NCBI GenBank assembly: GCA_963774265.1
Contig: CAVZDU010000007.1
Coordinates: 504,683-568,682, forward strand
Origin: an uncultured Chloroflexia bacterium
GTDB lineage: Bacteria; Chloroflexota; Anaerolineae; CG2-30-64-16
Direction of reading: 5' to 3'
Length of the DNA stretch: 64,000 bases
Positions 51,624 through 61,832 of this stretch are shown here, one piece after another. The position numbers and the translations under genes were made by a program. The notes beneath the pieces were generated by a model that was not told where the DNA came from, did not search any database, and was given only the letters and a program-made list of their open reading frames with translations. How positions within the stretch are numbered: position 1 is the stretch's first letter; each line of letters opens with the position of its first letter.

Positions 51624-52316
51624 CTATTGCGGACTGGTCTCTTCGTCCTGGACCTGCTGGCCGAGAATACCGGCCAGTGTGGCAACTTGTGAGGCGTGTA
51701 CAACAGCCAATACCTCGTCGAACGGCTGCATGACCAGGTCGCCGCGCGGAATGATGACCTGGTCCTTGCGCAAGACGGCGCACAGCACGCACTCAGCCGG
51801 CAAATGGAGATCACGAACGGCCCTGCCTACTGCTACCGATGCTGGGTGTACCTTTTCTTCTACGAGTGAATACAGGCCCCTGTGCAGCTTGAGCAGGGTC
51901 ATCATGTCACCCGTGGACATCTCTTCATCAATCAAGTGGGCGAGAATGATAGATTGATTGAGCGCCACATCTACGTGCAGTTTCTCATCGAACAGCCAGG
52001 CATGTCTGGGGTTGTTGATGCGGCCAACCGTGCTCGGCACGCGGTAGAGCACGTGGGCCAGGTAACACAACACCACATTATTGCTGTCATCGGAAGTGCA
52101 GGCCACGAATACGCTCGCGTCACGAATCCCGGCATCTTCGAGCACCTTGAGATCCGTGGCGCTATCCTCGTAGATGACCTCGGTGGGCAGTTCAAGATGG
52201 AGTTGGGCGAGTACGTCGTGCCGGTTTTCGACCAGGCGGACCTCGTGGTTCCGCTCCAACAGGAGGGCAGCGAGTTGTGATCCGATTGGGTCGCCCCCGG
52301 CAATCAGAACCTTCAT
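51624..52316 (-). CDS. trkA: TrkA-family RCK K+ transport regulatory subunit
   Basis: RCK_N (MKVLIAGG..LEDAGI..FVACT.DD..N) plus RCK_C (PRGDLV.QP.DEV). Confidence 0.85.
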   Translation of the reverse strand: MKVLIAGGDPIGSQLAALLLERNHEVRLVENRHDVLAQLHLELPTEVIYEDSATDLKVLEDAGIRDASVFVACTSDDSNNVVLCYLAHVLYRVPSTVGRINNPRHAWLFDEKLHVDVALNQSIILAHLIDEEMSTGDMMTLLKLHRGLYSLVEEKVHPASVAVGRAVRDLHLPAECVLCAVLRKDQVIIPRGDLVMQPFDEVLAVVHASQVATLAGILGQQVQDEETSPQ

Positions 52317-52978
52317 CCTATTCTCTCCAGCGGATGGCCAAGTCGGCTTCGCAGCGCGGTGAGTTCGCCTGGATCGACGCTCAAGTAAACCAGGTCGTTG
52401 GTCTGGAGGCGGAGTGCGCCAGAAAGGGGCACGGGCCGGCCGTCGCGCGTCAAGGCGAACGCTTTCCCAAAATCATCCGGCAGGAGTTCCTGCAGGGCGC
52501 GCCCCTGCCAGCTCTCAGGCACCCTGAGCTGATAGACTGAAGAGTTTGAATTGCCCTTCGAGGAAACGCCGCGCAGTGACGCGTCACCCAGCAGCTCCTC
52601 GATAAGCTGCGCTCCCCAACTGGCGGAGCCGACGACCGGGATGCCAAAGGCCTCCTGTAGGGGGCGTTGGCGTGGGTCATAGTTGCCTGCAACCACCGTG
52701 GGTACCTGGTATTCCGTCTTGGCTATGTAGGCCAACAGGATATTGAGCGAGTCCGAGTTGGTGACGGCCACCAGCGCATCGGCACGCTCAACCTCCGCAC
52801 GCTGCAGTACATTGCGAGTCAGTGCGTCTCCTTCTACCCCCCGTCCGCGAAAATCCATGGGCAAGGCATCGAAAGCAGAAGCATCCTGATCGATCACAGT
52901 GACCTGATACCCCTTCTTGTCCAATTGATAAGCTAAAGCTGAACCCACCCGGCCACAGCCAACGACGATCACCCTCAT
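52313..52978 (-). CDS. trkA: TrkA-family RCK K+ transport regulatory subunit
   Basis: MRVIVVGCGRVGS..VIDQD..ADALVAVTNSD..N. Confidence 0.88.
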   Translation of the reverse strand: MRVIVVGCGRVGSALAYQLDKKGYQVTVIDQDASAFDALPMDFRGRGVEGDALTRNVLQRAEVERADALVAVTNSDSLNILLAYIAKTEYQVPTVVAGNYDPRQRPLQEAFGIPVVGSASWGAQLIEELLGDASLRGVSSKGNSNSSVYQLRVPESWQGRALQELLPDDFGKAFALTRDGRPVPLSGALRLQTNDLVYLSVDPGELTALRSRLGHPLERIG

Positions 52979-52990
52979 GAAGGTCTCCGA

Positions 52991-54955
52991 TCACTCTGCT
53001 TGATATGGGACAGCACAGACAACAATACCCGGTTTCCGAATCAATGCCAGCCGCAGCCATGTGGCCGTTCGGGCATGGAGCAGGTTATGCCACCACCGAC
53101 GAGGGATGACTTGAGGGATGACGATAGTGACCATTTCGGTGGGCTGGCGTTTGGCGGTGATCTCTCCGATGTAGTCAAGCAATGGCTCCAACAACAGCCG
53201 GAAGGGCGAATCCAGGATCACCAGCCGTACCCCTTCACCGTGGATTGCCCACTCGGCGCGAAGGCTCTCTGCCTCAGCCGCATCCAGCGAGACGTATACA
53301 GCGGTGACGTCGTTGGAGAGCGCGCGAGCATAGCTGAGAGCTGCCAACGTGCCCTCGTGTATCTCACTGATTGGCAGGATCACCCGGTGGCGTTTGTGGT
53401 GCATCCACCTTCCTTCGCCCTTAAGCGCGAGGCTCATGGCCAGATTGCGGTAATGGCGGTGGATGGCAAAGAAGATGACCACCAGAGTGGGGATGAGCAA
53501 CACCACAATCCAGGCCCCGTCCCGGAACTTGGCGGCCGCGAAGATAACCGTCACGACCGCCGTGACGCAAGCCCCCAGGCCATTGACGGCCAGCTTCAAT
53601 CTCCAGCCTGGCTCATAACGCAAGACGGATCCGCGCTCCCGGACTTCCTCGCCGGGTGCAAGCCGCCCAATTTTCCACCAACGGCGGGCCATCCCCGTTT
53701 GTGACAGGGTGAAGGACAGAAAAACGCCGATGGCCCACAGGGGGATGAGCGCGGTCACGCTGGCACCGAACAAGATGACCAGCAAAGAGGCGATGACACC
53801 CAGGGTCGCCATGCCTCTGGAGTAGACCAAGCGGCTGCCTCGGAAGGTAAGCTGGCGCGGTAGGAAGCCGTCCCCAGCCTGTATGGCGCTCAGGCGGGGA
53901 AAGCCAGCGAAAGCTGTGTTGGTGGCCAGAATCAGGATAATCGTGGTTCCGGCAATGGTGCCCAGGTAGAACAGGCCGCGACCATCAAAGACGGTGCGGG
54001 CGAGTTGCGAGATGGTCGTTTCCGATGCTGACGGGACGGCGCCGATCTGTCCCAGCAGGTAGGTGATGCCCAAAAAAAGCACGCCCAGGATGGTTGACAT
54101 CCAGATCATGGTCATGCCGGCGTTATGACTGCGTGGCTCCCTAAAGGCTGGCACCCCGTTGGAGATACACTCTACCCCGGTGAGGGCGGTGGTCCCGCTG
54201 GCAAATGCGCGCAAGATCAAGAACAAGGTGATCGGTTGGGCAGCATGCACCATTTCCATGGGCGGTGGGTTCACGACGACGCCCAGCGTTCCTGTCAAGT
54301 AGCGGAAGAAACCGACCGCCACTGCCAGGACGGTCGTCACCAGGAAGAAGTAAACCGGAATGGCAAACGCCCTCCCTGATTCTCTCACCCCGCGCAGGTT
54401 AGCGAGCAGAATCACGGCGATCAAGCCGACCGCCAGAGGAACGCGATACGGGAGGAGGACGGGAAAAGCAGACGCTATCTGCGCAACACCCGAAGAAACG
54501 GCCACGGCCGCCAACAATACATAATCCGTAAGCAACGCAGCCCCGGCGGTCTGGGCAGCAATCTCACCAAGATTGTCACGGGCAACGATGTAGGCGCCGC
54601 CTCCGCCGGGATAGGCATGGATGGTCTGTTGGTAGGAGATGGTGACGATGGCGAGCAGAAGGGTGACAGCACACGCAATCGGGAAGGCATAGCGGAAGCC
54701 CGCCGTCCCCGCAGCAGCCAGAATGACCAGGGTTTCCTCGGGAGCATAGGCGACAGAGGACAGGGCATCCCCGGCAAAAACTGCTAGCCCAATGACCTTC
54801 CCGATGGTCTGGTGGGGGGCATCAGCGGTGGGCAAGGGGCGCCCAATGAGCCAGTGTTGCCAGGATTTGGGCGGCTCTTTTTTTGTCGCATGATGCAGAA
54901 TAGCGACTCCCGTATCCTGCTCACGATCCGTCCGGGTATTCACTCCGGTCGGCAC
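52991..54955 (-). CDS. kimA: KimA/YdaO-like APC-superfamily K+ transporter
   Basis: LIGRPL, FAGDALSSVAYAPEE, YPGGGGAY.VA..NLG, NLRGVRESG, ALTGVECISNGVP.F, SPFR; probable GTG start at 54955 after GGAGGA. Confidence 0.85.
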   Translation of the reverse strand: MPTGVNTRTDREQDTGVAILHHATKKEPPKSWQHWLIGRPLPTADAPHQTIGKVIGLAVFAGDALSSVAYAPEETLVILAAAGTAGFRYAFPIACAVTLLLAIVTISYQQTIHAYPGGGGAYIVARDNLGEIAAQTAGAALLTDYVLLAAVAVSSGVAQIASAFPVLLPYRVPLAVGLIAVILLANLRGVRESGRAFAIPVYFFLVTTVLAVAVGFFRYLTGTLGVVVNPPPMEMVHAAQPITLFLILRAFASGTTALTGVECISNGVPAFREPRSHNAGMTMIWMSTILGVLFLGITYLLGQIGAVPSASETTISQLARTVFDGRGLFYLGTIAGTTIILILATNTAFAGFPRLSAIQAGDGFLPRQLTFRGSRLVYSRGMATLGVIASLLVILFGASVTALIPLWAIGVFLSFTLSQTGMARRWWKIGRLAPGEEVRERGSVLRYEPGWRLKLAVNGLGACVTAVVTVIFAAAKFRDGAWIVVLLIPTLVVIFFAIHRHYRNLAMSLALKGEGRWMHHKRHRVILPISEIHEGTLAALSYARALSNDVTAVYVSLDAAEAESLRAEWAIHGEGVRLVILDSPFRLLLEPLLDYIGEITAKRQPTEMVTIVIPQVIPRRWWHNLLHARTATWLRLALIRKPGIVVCAVPYQAE

Positions 54956-55182
54956 ACGAAATCCTCCTCTGGTCTGGCAGGTATTGGCCATAACCAGACC
55001 CATCGTGCCAGGGTAGACTGTAGCACAGTACTGACCCGGCGCCAAGAATCTCTCAGGGTAAGGTCATCGCGTGAGGCAACACGCAATCAAAGTGGCCGTA
55101 ATTATCGTATCTTCGAGAGATCAGCGACGTTGCCGTGTTCGGCGCTGACAAGGACCCTCCATCTACCCAAATCCTAACGGTG

Positions 55183-55923
55183 TCAGGCGAGCGGAACGAT
55201 ATCGCTGCTTTTGATCTTGCCCAGGTTCTCGGTTAGTTTGGTGACCGCGAATGGTTTCCCGTGCGCCGGATAGACTTCCCGTGCGCCCGCGGAAACCAGT
55301 TTTGTCCAGCTCCGGTAGTACTCTTCGATATCCTCAACCAGGATGACGCAGTATTTCGTGCCGGCGAAATGGAGAAAGTTTGCAGCAGCGTCTCCGACGA
55401 AACAACTTCCATCTTCAAACAAGACTGAGATCGAATCAATCGTGTGACCGGGCGTCTCAATGATCCTGCCTCTCGATCTGATCCCAATGTCATCAAGATT
55501 CGTTTCTCCCTGGATGAGGATATCGCTCGCTCTTGATGCATACACGGGGAAAGTGTGGGTTCTCCATTGCTTGCTGAATCTCCGCATGCCGGAGACTAAC
55601 AGATTCACCCTCCTGCTGACAGGGCCTACTCCGTGAGTACGATCGTTTTCCCCTTTCGCCAGAAGCTCCTTTGCGCGATCGGACATGACGATCCGGATAT
55701 CCTGGTTGGCCTGCAGCACTCTTTTCAGCAAGCCACAATGGTCGTCATGATGATGGGTTAACACGAGATGGCTGATGTCAGACAGGCTGACGCCGGCTTC
55801 CTTCAGTCGCTTGCAGAACCGTTCCCAGTCGGATTCGTACCCGGTATCGATCAGGACGTACTTATCGCCTGTCCCGATCAGATAGCTGTTGGTGACGCTC
55901 AGCTTCAACACCTTGGTGTTCAT
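55183..55923 (-). CDS. Metallo-beta-lactamase fold hydrolase
   Basis: LIDTG, THHHDDHCG, TPGHT, VGDAA, YPAHG. Confidence 0.9.
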   Translation of the reverse strand: MNTKVLKLSVTNSYLIGTGDKYVLIDTGYESDWERFCKRLKEAGVSLSDISHLVLTHHHDDHCGLLKRVLQANQDIRIVMSDRAKELLAKGENDRTHGVGPVSRRVNLLVSGMRRFSKQWRTHTFPVYASRASDILIQGETNLDDIGIRSRGRIIETPGHTIDSISVLFEDGSCFVGDAAANFLHFAGTKYCVILVEDIEEYYRSWTKLVSAGAREVYPAHGKPFAVTKLTENLGKIKSSDIVPLA

Positions 55924-56212
55924 GGTCTCACCTCGCTGAGGATGACGTTGCCCACCTCGATTCTAACACCATTTCTGGCGCGCGGCGCGAGCAGTTTTCT
56001 GACAACGACAATGCGCTTCTCCATCATGCTGCCTCCTCTTGGGCCGAGCAGGCTTGTTTGCTACGGCTTGCCTACCTGGCGCACCGACCTCAGTGACTGC
56101 GCGGCTTCAAAGTGCAATCCGCGACCATGTCACCAAAGGGTCGGAGGAGTGCTGCCGCATGCTTCCTTGCGCGCGGCAGCATCTTAGGGCGTTGTTGCGC
56201 CAGAGCCGGTGT

Positions 56213-57170
56213 TCAGCGCACGCGGCGCTTGAGCGCATCCGGCAGCAAGGCGCCTGCCAACCCAGGGCCGTTCGCCGCCGAGGCAGCCGACATGTGGGCC
56301 GGCGGATCGGCAAACGGGACGACGTCAGCCGGACACACCGTGCCCTCACGCGGCGTCGTGCCATCGAGCAGATACTGGACCTCCGCCGCAAACGCTCACT
56401 GCGACATGATGATCGAGCCGTGCCCCCAGCCGTCGACTGTGAGGAGCGCTGAGTTGGGCAGTAGCTGATGTGCCGCGACAGCGCCCTCGTACGGCGTCGC
56501 GGGGTCGTAGATGCTGCCAACCACGAGCACGGGTTTGGCTGTCGTTGCGTTGAAGGGGCCGGCGTAACGGCTCGCCGCCGGCCCGCGCCATGTCGCGCAT
56601 CCACCCCAGATCCAGGTCCAGATACGACCAAAGTTTGGATATAGCGAGTCGGCCGCAGCGGCGGCGGCGGACCAGACCGGGAAGGAGTGCGGGTTATCCG
56701 TATCGGAACAGGCGACCGCATCCTGGCCTTCATAGTTGGCGTAGTTGGGTGTCCCGCGCTTGGTGGTCAAGCCCAGGTCCTCGTGCAAGGCGTTGAGGCG
56801 AACGCCGAGCTCGGCCGGCGTGGCGAAATACTCAAGTGCTGCGAGCAACCCCGCGAGGTCTGCCCAAGTGCTCGATGTATACATGCTCACGAGCACGTTG
56901 ATAATCAGCAGATCATACGTGAAGACCAGGGTGCTACCGTCGGGCATGGCGATGAAAACAGGTTCGGTCTTCATGCGGTCGGCGAGTTGGGCGAAGCGCG
57001 CGGCGGAATTCGGTGTGAAGGCGCAGTTAGGCCCACCGGCATCGCACAGACGGAAGAATTCGGCCAAGATGGCCTCGGCGCCCGCATGCTCCTGGAGCCG
57101 AAACGCCAGCGGCACGCTCGTTCCCTCTTTGTTGACACCGGTCGCCCATGCACGAGGATCGGTCCAGGTC
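56213..57170 (-). pseudogene. C-terminal half of a TAP-like alpha/beta-hydrolase peptidase; truncated at IS630 and with an in-frame TGA
   Basis: DPRAWATG, FFRLC..AG..CAF, AVACSD, PVLVVG..YDPATPY, LLTVDGWGHG..SQ*AF...YLLDG..P..GTVC. Confidence 0.8.
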
Positions 57171-58349
57171 TAATGTAACTCATGTAATGAGCGCAAGGTT
57201 TCGCTCCAGTGGAGCGACGCTGCGGCCGATGCGACTAAGAACGGCCGCCGGTTGCTCGGCCACTTTGGCAAAAAAGCGCTTGGCAGCGGCCACGACCGCG
57301 TCCAGCGAGCCGAAGAAATGGTCATGCGTCACGTCGGCTCGCAGCCAGCGCCAGATCTGCTCCTGCAGGTTGAGCTTAGGCGCGTAGCTGGGTAACGGCA
57401 CCAGCACAATTTGCGGACGCTCCTTGAGCCAGGCCAGCGTGCTCTTGGACTTATAGATGCTGGCCCCGTCCACGATCAGAAAGATGAAATCCGCCTGCGG
57501 GTAGGCGGGGACGACCTCATGATCGACGAACTGCTGGAAGTCCAGGCTGCGCTTGTGAGCGCTCAACCGGAAGTGGGTCTGCCCGCTCCGGCTGTTGACC
57601 GCCCCGAACATGACCTGCTTGCGGTTGTTGCCGGGCGTCTCGACTTCCCAGGGCACCCCCACCGGTGCCCAGACCCGGGTGCGCGTCGGGTTGAGGGCCA
57701 ACTCAGCCTGATCGACATCCAGCACGGCTACGGTCGGTTCGTCGGTGTTGCGGATCGCCTCCGCCTTGACCCTTTTGGGTCGTATTGCGGGTCCCGGCTA
57801 TGCACAACCGGGATCGGCTGCTTGAGGTGGATGCCATGCTGATGCAACAGCACGCGCACCCGCTCGGCGCTCAGGCTGATCCCGGTTTGCTCGGCCAGGT
57901 AGCCGGCCAAGAGCTCGCACGTCCACAGCGACTGCTCCAGTCCGTACCAGCGCGGATCGTGACGCACGGTCTCGACCAGCAGCCACTCGTAGGACTCGTC
58001 CCAGACTGGTGGCCGGCCGTCGCTCCACTCGGTAGCCAGGCCAGCCAGCCCATCGGCTTCAAAACGGTCCAGCCAGCGATGCACGGTGGACTGGTCCACC
58101 CGCAGCAATTCGGCAATTCTGGACACTCGCCAGCCGTCCGCCGAAAGCAGAACGGCGTGGCTGCGATGCACCACCTCGACCGCCGGGCTGTTCTTGTACA
58201 GTTCGGTCAGCGCCACCCGTTCTTGGGTGGTCAGTTCTCGGACATGGCGCAAAGGCACGATGTGCTCCGTAGGCGTAGTTTCGCTGGGCTGACCCGTCCA
58301 GTTTACTCGCTACCGGTAACACCTTGCAACCTTTCGATGGTTTACATTA
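57171..58349 (-). mobile_element. IS630-family insertion sequence
   Basis: Imperfect IRs starting TAATGTAA and sharing GCAAGGT; TA duplication within a CTAG target. Confidence 0.88.
57180..58258 (-). CDS. IS630 transposase in two frames (HTH + DDE); probable programmed -1 frameshift
   Basis: HTH: RSHAVLL..IAELL..TVHRWL.RF..GL..GRPP, WT..LL. DDE: DVDQAE, IVDGASIY, LPSYAPKLNLQEQIW. The frames meet at AAAAGGG near 57770. Confidence 0.85.
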
Positions 58350-58658
58350 GCGACCGGCTGGCCAGGCGCTCGAGAGCATTATTGCACTCCTTTCCATGTG
58401 CCGCAAGCCTCACCTGACCCGCCGGCACGCTAAACACGCCTGCGCACCCTGACCCATATCGCGAGCGATGAGAGCAGCAGAGGCAGGCAAGTCAGCGGAA
58501 TCCATTTCGCCTGATCCCCAGGTGGGGCGTGAAAAGCGGATCGTTTCCTTTCCGCCTGACTCCGTATGGTCAGTGAGGGTGGCTCAGATTACGGATAAAC
58601 AGGAGAAAAGATGCAAAAGTCAATCTCAAAGCTAATGACCCATTGAGCAGGAGCAGTT

Positions 58659-59243
58659 ATGAGAAAGATCATCGTCGCGGAGTTCATCACGTTGGATGGT
58701 GTGATGCAGGCGCCGGGTGGTCCTGACGAAGATACCGATGGCGGCTTTGTGCACGGAGGTTGGACGTGGCCCTATTGGCATGATGACATCGGCAAACACT
58801 TCTTTGAGGCGATGGAACAGGCCGATACGCTGCTGCTGGGACGCAAGACCTGGCAAATTCACGGCGCTGCGTTCGACCCGATGCCGGTTGGGGATCCGTT
58901 TGGAGATGTGATGAAAGCCGTCCGTAAGGTCGTTGTCTCCACCACGCTGAAATCGACGGCGCTCTGGCGAAACTCAACGCTGATCAGCGACAATGTCGTC
59001 GAAGAAGTGCGCAAACTGAAAGATCAGCCCGGCAAAAACATCCTCATGGACGGCAGCAGTGTGCTGATACACACACTGGAAGAAAACGGCCTGGTGGATG
59101 AATACAGTTTGCACGTCTATCCTCTGGTACTTGGCAGCGGCAAGCGGCTGTTTCCAGCGGGGAAGCGTATCAACTTGAAGCTCGTCGAATCGCAGGCGCT
59201 TCCGACGGGCGTCGTGTTTCAGCGTTATGTGCGTGACGGGTAG
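58659..59243 (+). CDS. Dihydrofolate reductase-like (RibD C-terminal) protein
   Basis: MRKII..FITLDGVMQAPGG, LLGRKTW, LVDEY.L.VYPLVLGSGKRLF. Confidence 0.9.
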   Translation: MRKIIVAEFITLDGVMQAPGGPDEDTDGGFVHGGWTWPYWHDDIGKHFFEAMEQADTLLLGRKTWQIHGAAFDPMPVGDPFGDVMKAVRKVVVSTTLKSTALWRNSTLISDNVVEEVRKLKDQPGKNILMDGSSVLIHTLEENGLVDEYSLHVYPLVLGSGKRLFPAGKRINLKLVESQALPTGVVFQRYVRDG

Positions 59244-59274
59244 TGCCTGAGCCGCCGGACCGGCGGCATCTGCG

Positions 59275-60281
59275 CTAGTCTCGTGCTGAATACCAGTCCA
59301 ACACCCGTAAGGCGCGCAGCGTGTTCCACCGGCTCGGCCGGCCCTCGCCCTCGTCCATCTCGACCGGCATCACGCCGGGATACTGGGTCTCGAGCGGCCA
59401 CCGGCCGTCGTCGTCGCGCTTCGACGCGACCAGGTCGATCGCCTCGGCCACGCGCTCGTCGGGCGTGACGCCGGCGCTGCGCAGGTACTCGAGTCCCCGC
59501 AGCACGTCGTAGTGCCACCAGGTCGGGAAGGCGAAGCGCGTCCACACGGCGTCGCCCTTGCGATCTCGCTCGATCACCTCGCCGGTCGACCGCCGCCGGA
59601 AGAGGCGGCGCTCGAGGAGGTACTCCTGCCCGCGGAGACGGGCCTCGGTCACCTCCGGGCTGCCCTCCGCCGGCCCGTTCGTACTCGAGCAGAGCCTCCA
59701 GCACGCAGATCGTGGTGTTGAACGACGACCGCGTCGAGCCGTTGGCGGCCTCGCAGTTCCAGCCGCCGTCGGGCAGCTGCTCGCCGAGCAGGCGGTCGAC
59801 GATCCGCTGGACGTCCTGGCCGAAGTAGGCGCCGCTCGCCGCCACCTGCCCGTTGATGCACGGCTCGACCTCGCCCGCGAAGAAGGGATTGCCGTCAAAT
59901 TCCCATCCCCGCCACGTGCCGTCCCAGTCCCATCCCCGCCACGTCACGCGGTCGCGGACCAGGCCCACCGCACGACGCGCCTCGTCGCTCGCGGGATCGA
60001 GACCCAGTTCTCGCAGCAGCGACAGGACGTGCATCGTGGAGTCCCACCCGCGGTTCCACGCCGCGCCAGCCCACGACCCGTCGGCCCCCTGCAGGGCGAG
60101 CAGCCGCGCGCCCACAGCCCTCGGTGGCGACCCGCGCGCGCTCGGCCGCGACCTCCTCCGCGGGCGCACCGATCAGGTCTCGCATCACCTGCCAGCGGAT
60201 CGAAGGGTCAGAATCAAGCAGCCACTGTATGACCGATCTGTTTGGTTTCGGGGCTTGCCGTTTGGGTGGATTGGTCGCCAT
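59275..60281 (-). CDS. Prenyltransferase/squalene-cyclase-repeat-like protein of unknown function; frameshifted
   Basis: WLLDSDPSIRWQVMRDL, LLALQ..DGSW, GEVEPCING, QLPDGGWNCE, FAFPTWWHYDVLRGL, SRWNTLRALRVL. Confidence 0.8.
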
Positions 60282-61314
60282 CTGCTGGTGCTCCTTGACC
60301 CTGGGCCCGGGCAAAGGGATAGGACGTGTGCGCCATTTCGACCACATTGCCGGGGTGAAATTGGCTCATCAGCCGGCGCAGCCCTTCTTCGCGATCTCCC
60401 GTGCTCCCTTGCATGCGAAGAATCCGCTCTCCGTACGCGGCGAAATCTTCCACGATCCGTTCGTAGCGATAGTAGGCGAGCGCCACCGGGTCAATCACAG
60501 TGTCGCTGTATCCTTCATAGAACCAGGTTGCCTCAAGCGGTTGGTTCCAGACGCCGCCGACCCCGCCGCCCACAAACATCAGGTCACGCTCTTTGGGCGC
60601 CAGGATAGGCTCGTCCCAGTCCACAACTGCAAGCTCGTCGTCTGCACCCAGCAGGACATTGTTGCCGTGGAGATCCGAATGGCAGACGACCAGGTTGAGT
60701 CCGCGATGCTCAAGCGCTTGGGCGAGTCCTTCAGCGCGTTCGAGGATGCGTTGGATCTCGTCGCGCTTGGTCGTCCAGTATTCGGCCAGCCTCGATGCGG
60801 TTGGATCATCGTAGGTGCCCTGCGCCACCTGTTGGTGAAATGCCTCGACCATTCTCCGCCACCGCGGCGCAAAATCCTCCCGTGGCACCTGCTCTGCCAG
60901 CCCGGCAGGCAATTTCGTCGCATGAACGGCCTTCATGCACTCGCCCAAGGCAATCCACTGTGCCTGGGACAACCCGGCCTGAAGACCGGACCTCCCCTCG
61001 AAGAATGGGTACAGCAGCCAGTTGAAGCCATGCGCCTGTGCCCACAATTGGTGTGTGGTGGTCGCGAGAGGAGCCATGACCCACCGGATGCCTTGGGCAT
61101 GGAGAAAGGCCGGGACGGCAACCGGTACCTGGTTGGAGTTGCACCGTCGCAGCTTGAGAAAGTAGGCGGTCCCATCGTCGGCGGTGACCCGGAAAACCGC
61201 GCAGTTGATGTCCACGTTGATTGGCAGAAACGTAGCTTGGGAGATGTCCAACCCGAAGCTATCGTGCAAGGTAGCGACGATGCGGTCATCAGAGATATCA
61301 GGTCTTGTCAGCAT
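60214..61314 (-). CDS. Aminoglycoside phosphotransferase family kinase (APH(9)-like); 3' end uncertain
   Basis: YFLKLR, LYPFFEG, CHSDLHGNNVL, VDWDEPILAPKERDLMF. Confidence 0.8.
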   Translation of the reverse strand: MLTRPDISDDRIVATLHDSFGLDISQATFLPINVDINCAVFRVTADDGTAYFLKLRRCNSNQVPVAVPAFLHAQGIRWVMAPLATTTHQLWAQAHGFNWLLYPFFEGRSGLQAGLSQAQWIALGECMKAVHATKLPAGLAEQVPREDFAPRWRRMVEAFHQQVAQGTYDDPTASRLAEYWTTKRDEIQRILERAEGLAQALEHRGLNLVVCHSDLHGNNVLLGADDELAVVDWDEPILAPKERDLMFVGGGVGGVWNQPLEATWFYEGYSDTVIDPVALAYYRYERIVEDFAAYGERILRMQGSTGDREEGLRRLMSQFHPGNVVEMAHTSYPFARAQGQGAPADGDQSTQTASPETKQIGHTVAA

Positions 61315-61474
61315 TGGAGCCAGTGAACCACACGCCGACCACACTGTCAACCAATCAGCCGTCACCGACCATACGAACTGAGTTGATACCCCATATCATT
61401 GAAGGGCGAACGTTTCCGAGCTTCTCTCAGTATACATCTTCGTGTGTCAAATCGCGCGGCGAATCTACCCCGTG

Positions 61475-61640
61475 CTAGTTGGGCCAGGGCGACATGGTGC
61501 GCATCACTCCAGCGCGCGAATCGGTCGATGGCGCGGGCGCAGGCGGCGCGGGTATGGCGGTTGCGGATATTGGCGGTGAAGAACTCGATCAAGCGCCGAG
61601 CGGCATCGTCGCCATGGTCAAGGAGATTGAAGTAAGCGCT
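61475..61640 (-). pseudogene. Tyrosine recombinase N-terminal fragment
   Basis: AARRLIEFFTANIRNRHTRAA.ARAIDRFARW resembles the N-terminus of the family whose C-terminus lies at 51156-51610. Confidence 0.7.
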
Positions 61641-61832
61641 GCGCACAGAGTCGCCGCGCAGAGAGTGCCCGAAGCTAGCCCGACACTTCCGCAACGGCGC
61701 TTATGGTAATCGTATGGCACTCACGTGGCGCCACTATCTGCACGCACCCGTTGCAGCAGCTCGTCCACGACATGGTGAGATTCGTAGGGCCAGGTGGTAC
61801 TGGCCGTAGGCCGTGCCGGCCATACCGCCGAT

